A DNA stretch of 64,000 nt. Origin: Felis catus (Eukaryota). The stretch spans positions 14,262,001 to 14,326,000 of the forward strand of contig NC_058368.1 in NCBI RefSeq assembly GCF_018350175.1, given 5' to 3'. Position numbers and translations under genes: made by a program. A model generated the notes under the pieces. It saw only the letters and a list, made by a program, of their open reading frames with translations. It was not told where the DNA came from and ran no database searches. Within the stretch, counting starts at the first letter, position 1. Each line of letters starts with the position of its first letter. Below are positions 1-13,045 of the stretch, one piece after another.

Positions 1-9
1 TAAAAAGAC

Positions 10-1760
10 TTATTTTTTTAGAGCAGTTTTAGGTTTACAACAGAGATCTCCCTTATATCCTCTCCCAACACACATGTGTACCCTCCCCCATAATCAAGGT
101 CATTCATCCAAATTGTACATGTTACCAAGAATGAACCTACATTGACACATCATAATCACCCAGTCCATAGTCTACCTAAGGGTTCACTCTTGGCGTTGTA
201 TATTCTGTGGCTCAGGACAAATATGTGATGACATATATCCATCATTTTAATATCATACATAGTATTAAATTTTATTTATTTATTTATTTATTTGTTTTTT
301 ACATTTATTTATTTTTGAGAGACAGAGCATGAGCAGGGGAGGGGCAGAAAGAGAGGGAGACACAGAATCAGAAGCAGGCTCCAGGCTCCAAGCTGTCAGC
401 ACAGAGCCCGACGCGGGGCTCAAACCCACAAACCGTGAGATCAAGACCTGAGCCAAAGTCAGACACTCAACCTACTAAGCCATCCAGGCACCCCCATACA
501 TAGTATTTTAACTGCCCTAAAAATTCTGTGTTCTGCCTATTCATCTGTCTTTTCCCCACCCCTGGCAACCACTAATTTTTTTTTTAATTTTATCCACAGT
601 TTTGCCTTCTCCAGAATGTCATATAGTTGAAATCATACAGTATGTAACCTTTTCAGACTGAATTCTTTTACTTAGTTACATGCAATTAAGGTTCCTCCAT
701 GTCCTTTCATGGCTTGATGGCTCATTTTCTTTTAGCACTGCATAGTATTCCATTGTCTGGATGTATTTATCCATTCACCCAGTGTATTTATCCATTCACC
801 TACTAAAGAGCATCTTGTTTGTTTCCAAGTTTTGGCAGCTGTAAATAAAGCTGCTGTAAACATCCATGTACAGGTTTTTGTGTAGGCATTGGTTTTCAGC
901 TCCTTTGGGTAAATACCAAAAGGCATGATGCTGGATGGTATGGTAAGAGTATGTTTAGTTTTACAAGAAACCACCGGAGTATCTTCAAAGTGGCTACAAC
1001 AGTTTGCATTCTCAGCACCAATATATAAGAATTGCTATTGTTCTCCCTTCTTGCCAGCATTAGGTATTGTCAGAATTCCAGATTTTGGCCAATCAAATAG
1101 GTATATAGTGGTATCTCGTTTTGATATGCATATTCCTGATGACACATGATGTGGAACATCATGTCATGTGCTTATTTTCCATTTGTACATCTTTGGTGAG
1201 GTGTCTGTTAAGGATTTGGCCCATATTTTAATAAGGTTGTTTGTTTTCTTATTATTGAGTTCTAAGAATTCTTTGTATATTTTGCATAACAGTCCTCTAT
1301 CAGATGTGTTTTTTGCAAATATTTTCTCTCAGTCTGTGGCTTATTTTTTCATTGTCTTGATAGTGTCTTTTGTAGTGCAGAAGTTTTTAATTTTAACGAA
1401 GTCCAGTTTCTGTTATGTCTTCCATGGATAGTATCTTTGATGTTGTACCTAAAAAGTCACCACCAAAAAAAATAAATAATAATAATAATAATAATAATGA
1501 TAATAAATTTTAACAAGGCACCAACAGTACCAAACATCATCTAGGTTTCGATGTCATCTTCTAGGAGTTTTATGGTTTTACATTTTACAGTTAGGTTTGT
1601 GATCCATTTTTAGCTAATTTTTTTTCAAGTGTGTTAAGATTGTAGTCTATTTGTGGGCACTTTGTTCCACTGACCTATTTGTTCTTTCACCAATGCCTTA
1701 TTGTCTTGGCTAATGTAGCTTTTCATAGTTCTATAAACTAATTTGTTCTTCTCCTTCCAA
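10..1760 (-). mobile_element. Old L1 (L1MA/L1MB-like) 3'UTR and ORF2 3' remnant, interrupted by a CanSINE
   Basis: T-rich start with gagcagttttaggtttaca; ORF 732-974(-) gives degenerate ORF2 C-terminal motifs (GIYPKELKT, TCTWMFTAALF, EWIN). Confidence 0.85.
267..494 (-). mobile_element. CanSINE (felid SINEC)
   Basis: Reverse-complement tRNA-derived head, GA tract and T tail; TSD catacatagtatt at 254-266 and 495-507. Confidence 0.95.
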
Positions 1761-1899
1761 CTTAAAAATTACTTCTTAAAGTAACTTCCCATGCCACTTA
1801 ATCACCCTCTAACTTGCAATATATAGCTCTAATCTATTGATTTTATTCATATAATGAACAGATAGCTCTTATTAGCATAGTGGGAAGCAAAGTAGAATA

Positions 1900-2424
1900 A
1901 CTCCCTCCCTCGCTTAGTTCATAGAAGTCCAATAGAAGAGACATATTACACGAACCAAATGATTATAGAAATAAAAGATGTAAAGGCAAACTTCGGCAAT
2001 TACTAGGAAAGAAAAGTACAGGGTGCTCTGAAGGAGAGAGTATATACAGCAAAGGATCTTCATTTTAGATTCAGAAGTCAGGGAAGTCTTCTTTAAAGAA
2101 GTTCTATTTGAATTAGGTACTCAAGGAATGAGCAGGGAATCATCAGTAAAGGCTGGGGTATAGAATATTCTAAAGAAAAATATTACAAAGACTCAGAATT
2201 TAGAAATAATAAAATGAACAGAAAGGAGGGTAGTATGTCTAGAACTTACTGAGCACTGGAGATAGGTGTTTGAGATAAGGCCGGATAGTAACATATGAGC
2301 TAGATGATTTAAAGTCTTATAGATCCTGTTAAAGATTCATGACTTTATCCTAAGTGGCATGAAAAGCAGTGAGAGGCTTTGAGCAAAAGAGTCACATGAT
2401 CTGATATATGTTTTAAAAGATCAG
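1900..2424 (-). mobile_element. L2 fragment
   Basis: gactttatcctaag...gagaggctttgagcaaaagagtcacatgatctgatatatgttttaaaagatc resembles the L2 antisense consensus. Confidence 0.7.
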
Positions 2425-3481
2425 TCTGTCTTTTTCTGTATGACTTATTTCACTCGGCATAACACTCTCCAGTTCCATCCACGTTGCTACAAAAGGCCAT
2501 ATTTCATTCTTTCTCATTGCCACGTAGCATTCCATTGTGTACATAAAGCACAATTTCTTTATCCATTCATCAGTTGATGGACATTTAGGCTCTTTCCATA
2601 ATTTGGCCATTGTTGAAAGTGCTGCTATGAACATTGGGGTGCAAGTGCCCCTATGCATCAGCACTCCTGTATCCCTTGGGTAAATTCCTAGCAGTGCTAT
2701 TGCTGGGTCATAGGGTAGATCTATTTTTAATTTTTTGAGGAACCTCCACACTGTTTTCCAGAGTGGCTGTACCAGTTTGCATTCCCACCAACAGTGCAAG
2801 AGGGTTCCCGTTTCTCCACATCCTCTCCAACATCTATAGTCTCCTGATTTGTTCATTTTGGCCACTCTGACTGGCGTGAGGTGATATCTGTGTGGTTTTG
2901 ATTTGTATTTCCCTGATGAGGAGTGACATTGAGCGTCATTTCATGTGTCTGTTGACCATCTGGATGTCTTCTTTGGAAAAGTGTCTATCCATGTCTTCTG
3001 CCCATTTCTTCACTGGATTATTTGTTTTTTGGGTGTGGAGTTTGGTGAGATCTTTATAGATTTTGGATACTAGCCATTTGTCCTATATACCATTTGCAAA
3101 TATCTTTTCCCATTCCGTCGGTTGCCTTTTAGTTTTGTTGATTGTTTCCTTTGCAGTGCAGAAGCCTTTTATCTTCATGAGGTCACAATAGTTCATTTTT
3201 GCTTTTAATTCCCTTGCCTTTGGAGATATGTCAAGTAAGAAATTGCTGCGGCTGAGGTCAGAGAGGTTTTTTCCTGCCTTCTCCTCCAGGCTTTTGATGG
3301 TTTCCTGTCTCACATTGAGGTCCTTCATCCATTTTGAGTTTGTTTTTGTGAATGGTGTGAGAAAGTGGTCTAGTTTCATTCTTCTGCATGTTGCTGTCCA
3401 GTTCTCCCAGCACCATTTGTTAAAGAGACTGTCTTTTTTCCATTGGATATTCTTTCCTGCTTTGTCAAAGATTAGTTGGCC
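2425..3481 (-). mobile_element. Young felid L1, ORF2 C-terminal fragment without 3'UTR or polyA
   Basis: ORFs 2413-2865 and 3083-3379(-) are near-intact ORF2 C-terminus ([37 protein letters not shown]...SEISHTEKDR). Confidence 0.95.
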
Positions 3482-4195
3482 TAGTATGACTAAAATTAAA
3501 ACAAAACAAAAACCTTACAATGTGAGACCTGGCAAAGAGGTAAGATGTAGCTGGAACCCGCATACATTGCTGATACAGGTACAAAATGGTGCATCTTCTT
3601 TGGAAGAAAGTTTGGAAAACAGTTTATTTGGTTTTTTTTTAATACAATGAGACATACAGTTACTACATGACATAACAATCCTACTCCTAAGTATTTACTC
3701 CAGGAGAAATGAAAACGTACATTCACACAAAAACTTGTACATTCGTGCAAAAAAACTTGCACATTAATGCTCAAAGCATGCCCCTAAATAGCATAAATGC
3801 TCTTCAACTAGTATATGGATAAATAACCAGTACATCCATATAATGGAATAGTACTCAGCAGTATAAAGAATAGACTATTGTTATATGCAACAGCCTAATG
3901 AATCTCAAATGTATTCTGCAAAGTGAAAGCAGCCAGACTCAAAAGAACACAAATGGTGTAATTCCATTTATGCAACAGCTGGAAAAAACAAAACCTTAGG
4001 CAAATAAAACACAGTGGTGGATTCCAAGGGTTAACAGTAGAAAGAGAATCTGACCAGAAAGGGACAACATGAGGGAGCTTTCAGGATGATGAAATTGTTC
4101 TATATCTTGATTGTGGTAGTGGTTTCATGATTCTGCCTTTGTCAAGATTCTGCCTGTACAGCAAAAAGAGTGAATTTTACTGTATATAAATTAAT
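3482..4195 (+). mobile_element. Old L1 (L1MC/ME-like) 3' fragment
   Basis: Degenerate ORF2 end and 3'UTR motifs (ctggaacccgcatacattgctg; atccatataatggaatagtactcagca; gatgaaattgttctatatcttgattgtggt). Confidence 0.8.
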
Positions 4196-4197
4196 TA

Positions 4198-4232
4198 ATT
4201 GTTTTTAAGCCTTTGGGCTAAGATCAAGTGTA
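4198..4232 (+). pseudogene. 3'-truncated U2 snRNA retrocopy (U2 nt 1-35)
   Basis: attgtttttaagcctttgggctaagatcaagtgta aligns ungapped to U2 ATCGCTTCTCGGCCTTTTGGCTAAGATCAAGTGTA (29/35); direct repeat tgtatataaattaa at 4181-4194 and 4229-4242. Confidence 0.85.
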
Positions 4233-4818
4233 TATAAATTAAGTTTTCAAAAACTAAAATAAAAAAAAAAAATCAAAGGCCCAGAGAAGTCTTTATAGAT
4301 GGCTTTTGAACTGTGAATACTAATGTTTACCTAACTATATTATACTTTTAATATAGAGAATTACAATCACATATTATTTATTCACTGTTTTAAAGTTAAA
4401 TAAATTGCAACGGAGATTATCTCAATTACTTTCATGCCAACAAGGTGTATTGGTCTGTAATCTAAAGCACATAAGTTCGATTTTCCCGTAACTAATACCT
4501 CTAAACGAATTAATTTTCACTATGTGTATTTTTTTAATTATATAGTTTTTAAATCCTAAAGTAAATGTAGTAAATATACTATTATCTAGTAAAGATTTTG
4601 AAATGTTAAGAGGGAGAAGAAAAAAGAACTTTCTTTCCAGCAATTTGCAAGTGAAGTGTCAAGATTTAAATTAGGAATGTGCTCTACACTCAGTGAATAC
4701 AGTTGTAGCAAGCTGTATCAAGTATATTGGTAGTAACTGAGTTAGACTAAACAATCTACTAATTTTGATCACTATAATAATGTGTGATATAAGAGGGGGA
4801 AAAACCTGCTTAGAAATC

Positions 4819-4823
<5 letters not shown>

Positions 4824-4858
<35 letters not shown>
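4824..4858. repeat. (TG)n microsatellite
   Basis: Perfect TG run. Confidence 0.95.
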
Positions 4859-4859
<1 letters not shown>

Positions 4860-5211
4860 TCACAACCCATATTTGTTTTATGGCAGTGAAGTTTCATAAA
4901 AAATTAGGCCACAGCTTCATAAGAGCTAGGTAAATGCACATAACAGGGTCAAATGGGAAGATGGCGTACTTATTGGATTTCAACCTGAGATCCTACACCT
5001 CCAAAACAAGAGTTCTCAGACTCACCGTATCATGATTTTAAAGTCAAAATAATAACTTAAAGTTACATAAAGAATGAGTAGGTAGTGCTGTGGAGTAATA
5101 ATTGTATGCTTTGGAAATAAATTCTGTATTTGGAATATTCTGAAAGAGTCACATTAACTTTCGCTTTCTGACTTTTTCTTCTGTTTCCCTTATTTTTAAA
5201 TATTCATATTT

Positions 5212-5395
5212 AGGAGTGCCTGGGTGGCTCAGTTGGTTGTGTCTGGCTTCGGGTCATGAGTTCGAGCCCCCCGTCGGGCTCTGTGCTGACAGCTCAGAGC
5301 CTGGAGCCTGCTTTAGATTATGTGTCTCCCTCTCTTTCTGCCCCTCCCCCTGCTCAAGTTCTCTCTAAAATGAATAAATGTTTTAAAAATTAAAA
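5212..5395 (+). mobile_element. CanSINE
   Basis: Head gagtgcctgggtggctcag; TSD taaatattcatattt at 5197-5211 and 5396-5410. Confidence 0.95.
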
Positions 5396-7207
5396 TAAAT
5401 ATTCATATTTGCATATGGGTATGAACTACAACCACTGCACTTGGATATTTATTTAATCCCAAATTAATTTGTACTGAGTCCCTTCATGGGACTTTTGGAA
5501 AATCCAATCATAATCATTAATAGGACCCTACATATACATTCCTGGATTATGCGGAGATTTTTAGTAATCTTATTAATATAAAGCCATGGGATCCTCATTT
5601 CACTCTGGGCCCCAGAGATATGCTTGATTTATGCTTGAAGGTAGGTCTATTTCTGGACAAAATGAGATATTAGGTTCTACATTAATGCAAAGAGCTGTGG
5701 CCCCCTCAGGGTACAACCATATATGTTTCTGCTATTTCATTGGGAGTAAATATACCCCCCCACTTTCAGGACCCTCTTCATACATCATCTTCTCAGTTCT
5801 GGAATAAACTCAGACCCTGGATACTTCAGTCTCTTTACACCTCAAGCCTCCATGTCCATCATTTCTTTTAGGATAGCTGAGCTACTTTTTAAAAGGAATA
5901 TATCTTATCACTGCTGAAAAGATAAGAGTAGCGTCAGATTTGCTAGATTCAAAACCCCGCTTGTTTGGGAGGGGTTGGCATAGAGTGAAGTCGAGATTTT
6001 GCTTATTTTTCTCATCCGTTTAGATTCCATAGCCCAAACCTTTCTACAGTTCTACAGTTATCCTGGGGCATCTGTTTGGTGCACAGGTTCTGTGATCATG
6101 GAACATATTTTATTTTTCATTCGGAATTTGAAACTTTGGCATTCACCTCACTGTATTCTAATTGTGGTTGCTAATTCTAACTGCTCTAATCAAAAACACA
6201 AATCTAAAATTAAGTTGAGTCATTATGACTTAATAATTAACTAGATACGATGTTGTCTAAGTTATTCTCATCATTCACTGGGTGAATGGTGGGGCCATTC
6301 TTAGAATTGAAAAATACTCAAGGAACTGGTGTAGATGGGAAGATGATTATTGAGTTTGCCTTGCCCATGGCATATTCTAGTTAATTACCCACCACAAAAT
6401 TGAAAGTAGAGCCATATGTCATTAGTTCCCTAGTTATGCATGTGATAACTTTCTCAGACATGGCCAAAGCATATTTTCTAATCCAAATTTCATTTCTCCT
6501 ATTCACCCAGTAAAGGGCATCTAGGAGACATCCTTGATTTACTTCTTTCAGCCCTCCCTCTCCCCATAAAAGACACATATACAAATTGCCCCTCAGAAGA
6601 TGTTGTCAGGAATACATTTAGGATATACACTTTCTTCTTGGAAGAAGTAGAAGAATATAGTAGATTCTTCCAAGGTTGTGTTTTACTGGGTAGGTTCATC
6701 AAGGCAAATGAGCAGAGATATTAAGAAGTAAGAAATTGTTTGAAGTGATAGATTGTGTACTTAGTCTAAGATAGTTCAGGAAGGACTGTAAAAAAAGAAA
6801 GGAGATTGATAGGCAGATAATAATGGAGTCAAGAAAACAAGAGTCAGTGAGCTGAAAGAATGGGAAGTTTTAGGATGTTTTAATTCAAAATTTCAGAACG
6901 ACGTCACTACAAGATTGACAAATTCAGAATGTGGTCCTGAAAGTGGTTGTGGGGTCAAGCTGAAGGTCATGGTAATGATGAGCTCGAGAAACTGAAAAAG
7001 ATGGAGCCTTGCATGTGGCACACATTGGATTACCCAAGACAATTCCAGTATTTGGGATGGAGAGAAAGGTTGTCAGCATCCTCTAAGTCTCCGGTAAATA
7101 GAAGGAATGGCCTGGGATGCTGATACAAGCCTCCATATGGGGAGAAGAATAGGTGGGATTGCCAGATTTAGCAAGAGCCTCAAAGGAATCTCAAAGCTCA
7201 TCTTCCC

Positions 7208-7385
7208 TATATATATATACATATATATGTACATATGTACATATATGTACACACACATATATGTACATATGTACATATATGTACACACATATATGTATAT
7301 ATATATACATATGTATATGTATTTATTATCTTCCCTAAGTATATATGTGTGTGTATGTATGTGTGTATGTGAGTGTATGTATATC
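7208..7385. repeat. Compound TA/CA/TG low-complexity repeat
   Basis: Long alternating purine-pyrimidine tract; source of the Y/I/M/H-rich ORFs. Confidence 0.9.
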
Positions 7386-9247
7386 TCCAAATGAATAGAG
7401 GTAAAAAATATACCACAGGATGGCAGAAATTTAAAAAGCCTATGAGGTCATTTTCCCTGATAGAAATCTAATGCAGATCACATAGGCAAGAGCAATGTTT
7501 TGATAGGACGAGGTGATATAAATCAATAGTGATTCTATGGGTCAGACCAAAAATGTCTATAATTTGAATATGAAGATGATCAGGCTGAAACCTTTATGAC
7601 CCACTTGATTGCCAGCCTTATTTCTGCTGCCCTTTTTCCTAAAATATATAGTTTTTTAAAAATTAGGATGACTATTTTAATAGGCCTCATAATAAGATAC
7701 TTTGTAAAATGCTTAATACATAGAATTGTATAAAACACACAAGAAAGAAAAAAATCAATAAGCAGAATATAAAATAAACATCTCACAAATATTAGACTAC
7801 TTTCTCAGCTGTGGAAGTCATTAGGTTTAAAACAAAAATTAAAGCTTTGGATCTTCACAGTAATGAAACTTCTCCTTGGTTTACTAAACAAATGGCATAA
7901 AATTTAAAAATTTTTGACCATTTGCGACAAGTGCCTGGAATTAAAGGGAGATGATCACAGTCCCAGTCGTTTATTGGGCTACTAATTAAAATATGCATTT
8001 ATGAAACCATAGGAAATATTTCTCAAGCAGTAACATCTGCTGTCTTGGCAGATGGTATTTTTGCTGGAATCATTAAAGATGGTACCTTATTAGGCTGTCG
8101 AGAAGAATCTCTGGACTCCTTTGATGTGATTATTTTTATAAACTTATATTTTAGATTAGACATTTTCAGTTAAATATCACTGTATTCCCTAAAATAATAT
8201 GCTCAACCCATTGACTTTTTGAAAATCATAGAGAGACATATAGGAATGTTTAGTAATTTGAATTCAACCAGTATTTTTCTCTATAAAGATCCTCTTTTTA
8301 TAACTGCATATCATATATATTTTTGTTGTTATAAATGAAATGAGTAAATTAGCTTACAGTGGCGTTGCTCTGTATTTGCACACTAAAGTTTTGTACATTA
8401 GACTGTCAAGTGTTTTTTGCTATTTGTGTTCACAAGGAGTTTGCTGTCTTTTGCCAATAATAAGGGTTGCTTGTTTGGTTGGAAAGTGCCATTGCCCTAG
8501 AGTGCTGTATTTTGAAGTCATCTGTCATGGATACATTGTAGAGAGAAGACTATTTATGTTTATGGCATTTTAAGTAACTGAGTTAAACCCTTTGGAATAT
8601 AGAGAAATGGCGTGTTTACTGTCATCACTGTTCACTTAATCTTGTGACCCTGACATGGTAGCATTCCCATAAATCTCCCTGTGGGTAGTTCAATAAAACA
8701 GATGAACATCAAAATGTAATGATTGTTTCAGCTTTAGGAATTAACTACGTGATGGAATAAATATGGCCCAGATAGTAGTAATGTTACAGAAGCATTTTAC
8801 TACTCCCTTTTTCTAACAAGTAACACTAGAAAATAATTATGTATTACAGTTTGTGTTCTATTTTCAGATATTTGCAGTAGCTTGTAGTCCTATCATTAAA
8901 AGAAAAAGGAAATAGATTTAAAAAATATTTGTATTATGACATTTTTTAAAGCAGTTTAAATTTTTTGGTGTATTTAAGGCTCCAAAAATAGTAAAATTGG
9001 TTTCTGCAAGGATATTTTAATATAGCTTTTTATTGTGTTTTCGTTGTATTACATCTTTGTTATTTTTTCTATATTCATTTTTAAAAAATACTTGCCATTA
9101 TATAATTTCTCAAACATAAATTTTTTACTTCAGTAGTTTTTTTTACACCACTAATTTTGTAAGCATCTATTGAGGCATTCAGGAAAAATAATTGGGGACA
9201 GTGAGGCATTCCAAAAAATAATAATAATAATTAACATGAAACACTAA

Positions 9248-9455
9248 GGGGCGCCTGGGTGGCACAGTCGGTTAAGCGTCCGACTTCAGCCAGGTCACGA
9301 TCTCGCGGTCCGTGAGTTGGAGCCCCGCGTCGGGCTCTGGGCTGATGGCTCAGAGCCTGGAGCCTGTTTCCGATTCTGCGTCTCCCTCTCTCTCTGCCCA
9401 TCCCCCGTTCATGCTCTGTCTCTCTCTGTCCCAAAAATAAAAATAAAAACGTTGA
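9248..9455 (+). mobile_element. Young felid CanSINE (SINEC_Fc-type) with no real A-tail
   Basis: CpG-rich near-consensus body; TSD tgaaacactaag at 9237-9248 and 9453-9464. Confidence 0.95.
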
Positions 9456-11289
9456 AACACTAAGATAAATCAGTGGAAGAAACTAAAAGGACGTAACACC
9501 CAGTTCTCACTATACCACATTCCAGAGGTCACGTCCACAAACTAGAAGAAAATCCAACTCATAAATGCTATTAATACTCTTACTGCTTAGATAATAGATC
9601 TATAGGATGAAATGATCTGAAAACAAGTTACTTTTGCCTCCCAATTTCCATATGTAAAAAAACTTTTGTCAGTTTAGTTTGGTATGATAAAACCTCTAAG
9701 CCTCTTTTCAAATAGGATTTTGTACTTTGGCTACTAATAATCCAATTTGCATGATAATGATAAATTCTAAACACCAAAGTGTGCTGTATAATGTAAAACC
9801 TGTGGGAGAAAGCATAGAAATTATATTTTTATACAAGTTATTATAAAAATATATATAACAGATCTATGAAAAGACCATCATAAGCATTTTCAGTAGCAAC
9901 CCAGGCAGAAAACTAAGAAAATGAAGGGCTCTGAACCCTGTCAGAAAAGAAGGCCAATTACTAATATGATACAAGACCCCAGGAAAAATAAGATTGACCT
10001 TACTAATTAAATCTTTGAGCATTAGCATCAAGTTGAAAAACAGTCTTCCATGAAGAGAAGGTTGATGTGTAATAATAAATAAATGATCAGCTACTTTACC
10101 TTAGGTAACCAAGCCCTAATAATACTTTCTTGTATTTTTAATAGCCTTTCAAAATGATAAGAGCCCTAAAAATTTGATTGTGGACAGTGTAAAGACAGAA
10201 ACTGTTTTCTGTTAAGTGGGATTCTTTTCTGTTAGCTATTAATATTCAGTAAATAGCTACCAAATTGCAATCAAGCCCTCAATAGATAAAAATACTGTTC
10301 AGAGCTAGGTAACAGGATATTACATAAGAAGGATTTTTATGTGTTTTCAGTCTTAACATAAACCTTAAAAATTAAGTATGGCTATGTTCTGGATTAAGAA
10401 AGACTTTCAAGGGCTAGGCAAAAAAAATAGTAAATATAAATTATCATATAGGCATTTTTAAAGCTTATAAACTAGATTTATCCAACTGAGTAAACGGAAT
10501 GGGTTTTTTTAGAATATTTTAAGTTACATTTTTAACCAGTAAATTAACAAACATATCAAATAGCTACAAAATACCTTAACTTCTTTAAAAGCAGTTATTA
10601 AGTATATGATAATTAAGTGATAATTAAAGTTTTCACCATTCAGTAAAATTGATGGTGCCATGATCAGAGTTAGACAAATATTGGTTCTAAGTATTAATAG
10701 TTCAAGGGCACTTAAGTGATGAGTAGATGTCATTGTAATCAGTCATTCCCTTGAGGAGCATCATGTCTGTGATACTTAGTTTAAAATAAATTTGATAAGT
10801 CAATTAAGGCTTTCTTCTCTAGTTAATCCCAACTACTTTTTATTTACCATCTTCCAGATTATTTTCAATTAAAATTCAACTTTTTTGATCTATAAAATGA
10901 TAGTCATCTCACAACCTTATGTGTGCTCCTAACTCAGACTTTGTGACTGTTCTCTGCTCTTCTAATTTGGGTATAATTCAGGACCAAGACAAATAAAATA
11001 CCTTGGATTTGTCTCTTCAATTTTCTTGAATTTCTTCAGTATCCACCCCTGTTCTGTCCCACTTGAAACCATGCCATTAAAATGATTTTTATTTTGAAAT
11101 GTCTCACCCACCTTCCTTCAACCACAAAATTACGGTAGCCTGCCAATTTGATTGACTAGCAGAATACCTTAATGATTATCCCAGGAAAATAAACAAACAC
11201 AAGAAAACCAATAAAAAAATAAAACAAAATGTTTAAAAAATAAACATTTAACTGGCCTTTGTTAAAATGCCATGTGGTCAGATCAGAAT

Positions 11290-11601
11290 TTCCAGCTGTC
11301 CACTTGATATCTTTAGCTAGGTCTCCTGTGAGGCCTTACAGTGAATAAAACAGCTGGAGTATTACCACTTTAGGTTTCGTTTCTTCCTTCTTTGTGCTTC
11401 TGTAACACTTTCTTATTTATATCCCTGCTCTATTGTGTATTTATTTTTTTCCTTTATAGCCAAAACTCTGTATTCTTCAGAAGTCTTGGCATGTGTCAGA
11501 GTGCCTGGCATATAAGAGGTGGTCTGTAAACAAATATTATTGAGTCAGTAAAGAAGTGAATGAATAAAAGAATAAATGAATGAATGAAAAGATGAATGAA
11601 T
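11290..11601 (+). mobile_element. L2 3' end
   Basis: agagtgcctggcatataag followed by (tgaa)n-like terminus. Confidence 0.7.
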
Positions 11602-11999
11602 ATGACTGGTCTCAGAGAATTCTGAAACATTATGAAGTATGCCCAAATATTAGTTATTATTGGGAAATAATAGTAATTATTATTTGGGCATATTTGCTAA
11701 CTTTTCAGAAATTATTAAGGTCAGATAAATAATTAAGTAAGAGTACATTTGGCCTCTGTCTCCAACTCTAACTTTCTGCTTTACCTTGAAATATGGAAAG
11801 AATTAATCATATTATTCAGGAAATTGAAAATATTTTAACTATAATATTTTATATATTTTGGCAAAATTCTTACTTTCAGTGTATCATTTAGTAAGCTTTG
11901 TATATAATAAAAGTAAACTAAATTGTTAAATTTAGTTTAAAATTTAAGTTGCAAAAATTAATTTTTAAGTGGTTATTAATTATATGGATAACTTTATGT

Positions 12000-12415
12000 T
12001 GGAGCTATAGACCCAGAGAGACTTGAATTCAGGATTCATCTCCAGAGCTTCAGATCTGTATAGCTTTGGCAAATTTCTTTTCTTGTTTGTTTATTTATTT
12101 TTGAGAGAGGAGACAGAGCGTGAGCTGGGGAGGGACAGAGAGGGAGACACAGAACCTGAAGCAGGCTCCAGGCTCTGAGCTGTCAGCACAGAGCCTGATG
12201 CGGGGCTTGAACCCACAAATCGTGAAATCATGACCTGAGCCAAAGTCCAACACTTAGCAGACTGAGCTACCCAGGAGCCCACTTTGGCAATTTCATAACC
12301 TCTTCAGGCTTCAATATTTTTCATATGAAAAATGTGGCATATTAACTATATCATAGAATTGTGGACCGTAAATTAGAACACAAAATTTTGTAATTTCATC
12401 AAATGCTTGTTAATG
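12000..12415 (+). mobile_element. MIR split by a CanSINE
   Basis: ctttggcaatttcataacctcttcaggcttcaatatttttcatatgaaaaatg resembles the MIR core. Confidence 0.6.
12076..12280 (-). mobile_element. CanSINE
   Basis: Reverse-complement body; TSD ctttggcaa on both sides. Confidence 0.95.
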
Positions 12416-12495
12416 AATATTTTAAATTGGTAATAATTTTAAAGCAAACCTGAATTTTAGCTTATTGGCATTTTCACTCTTTTATATATTTGAAG

Positions 12496-12700
12496 TTTTT
12501 TTTTTTTGTTTTTTGTTTTTTGTTTTTTGTTTTTTGTTTTTTGTTTTTATTCTTGAGAGGGAGAGAGAGAATCCCAAGCAGGCTCTGCACTATTAGCATG
12601 GAGCCTGACACAGGGCTCAAATTCACAGACTGTGAGATTATGACCTGAGCTGAAATCAGGAGTCAAATGCTTAAAGAACTGAGCCACCCAAGCACTCCCC
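12496..12700 (-). mobile_element. CanSINE (older) with (TTTTTG)n tail
   Basis: gagaatcccaagcaggctctgcac...gagccacccaagcactcc. Confidence 0.9.
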
Positions 12701-13045
12701 GTTTTATGTTTTTAATTTAAATATGTATAGTAATATATTTGATCATTGGAATAGTTACCAGTATATTTCAGGCCCAAAACACTTACAGAGGCTTGATATC
12801 TTTACTATTTTGATTTCTAATAATTTATCTTACAGTTTTCGTTTATACTTCTCACTATTATCTAAATGAAAACATTTATTCATTGGCATTATACTTTTAT
12901 AAATACATGGGAATATATGGATAGAATATTAAGTAGAAATAACTTTCCTGAATAAAACTGTGACAGTATTTTCCATTAGTACTGTTTTCCCAAGAGAAAC
13001 AATATCACCTATAATCCTATAAAGTCAGAAATTCTGCCTTTGGTT

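Noticed and set aside
762..800. Short direct repeats (also about 18113, 21607, 28487)
   Set aside because: Ordinary 14-21 bp slippage duplications with only two copies; no CRISPR-like repeat-spacer array.
7073..7416. Y/I/M/H/C-rich ORFs here and at 41004-41364 and 63006-63275
   Set aside because: Translations of TA/CA microsatellites.
9248..9330. tRNA genes suggested by A/B-box-like heads
   Set aside because: These are tRNA-derived SINE heads followed by CT tracts and tails.
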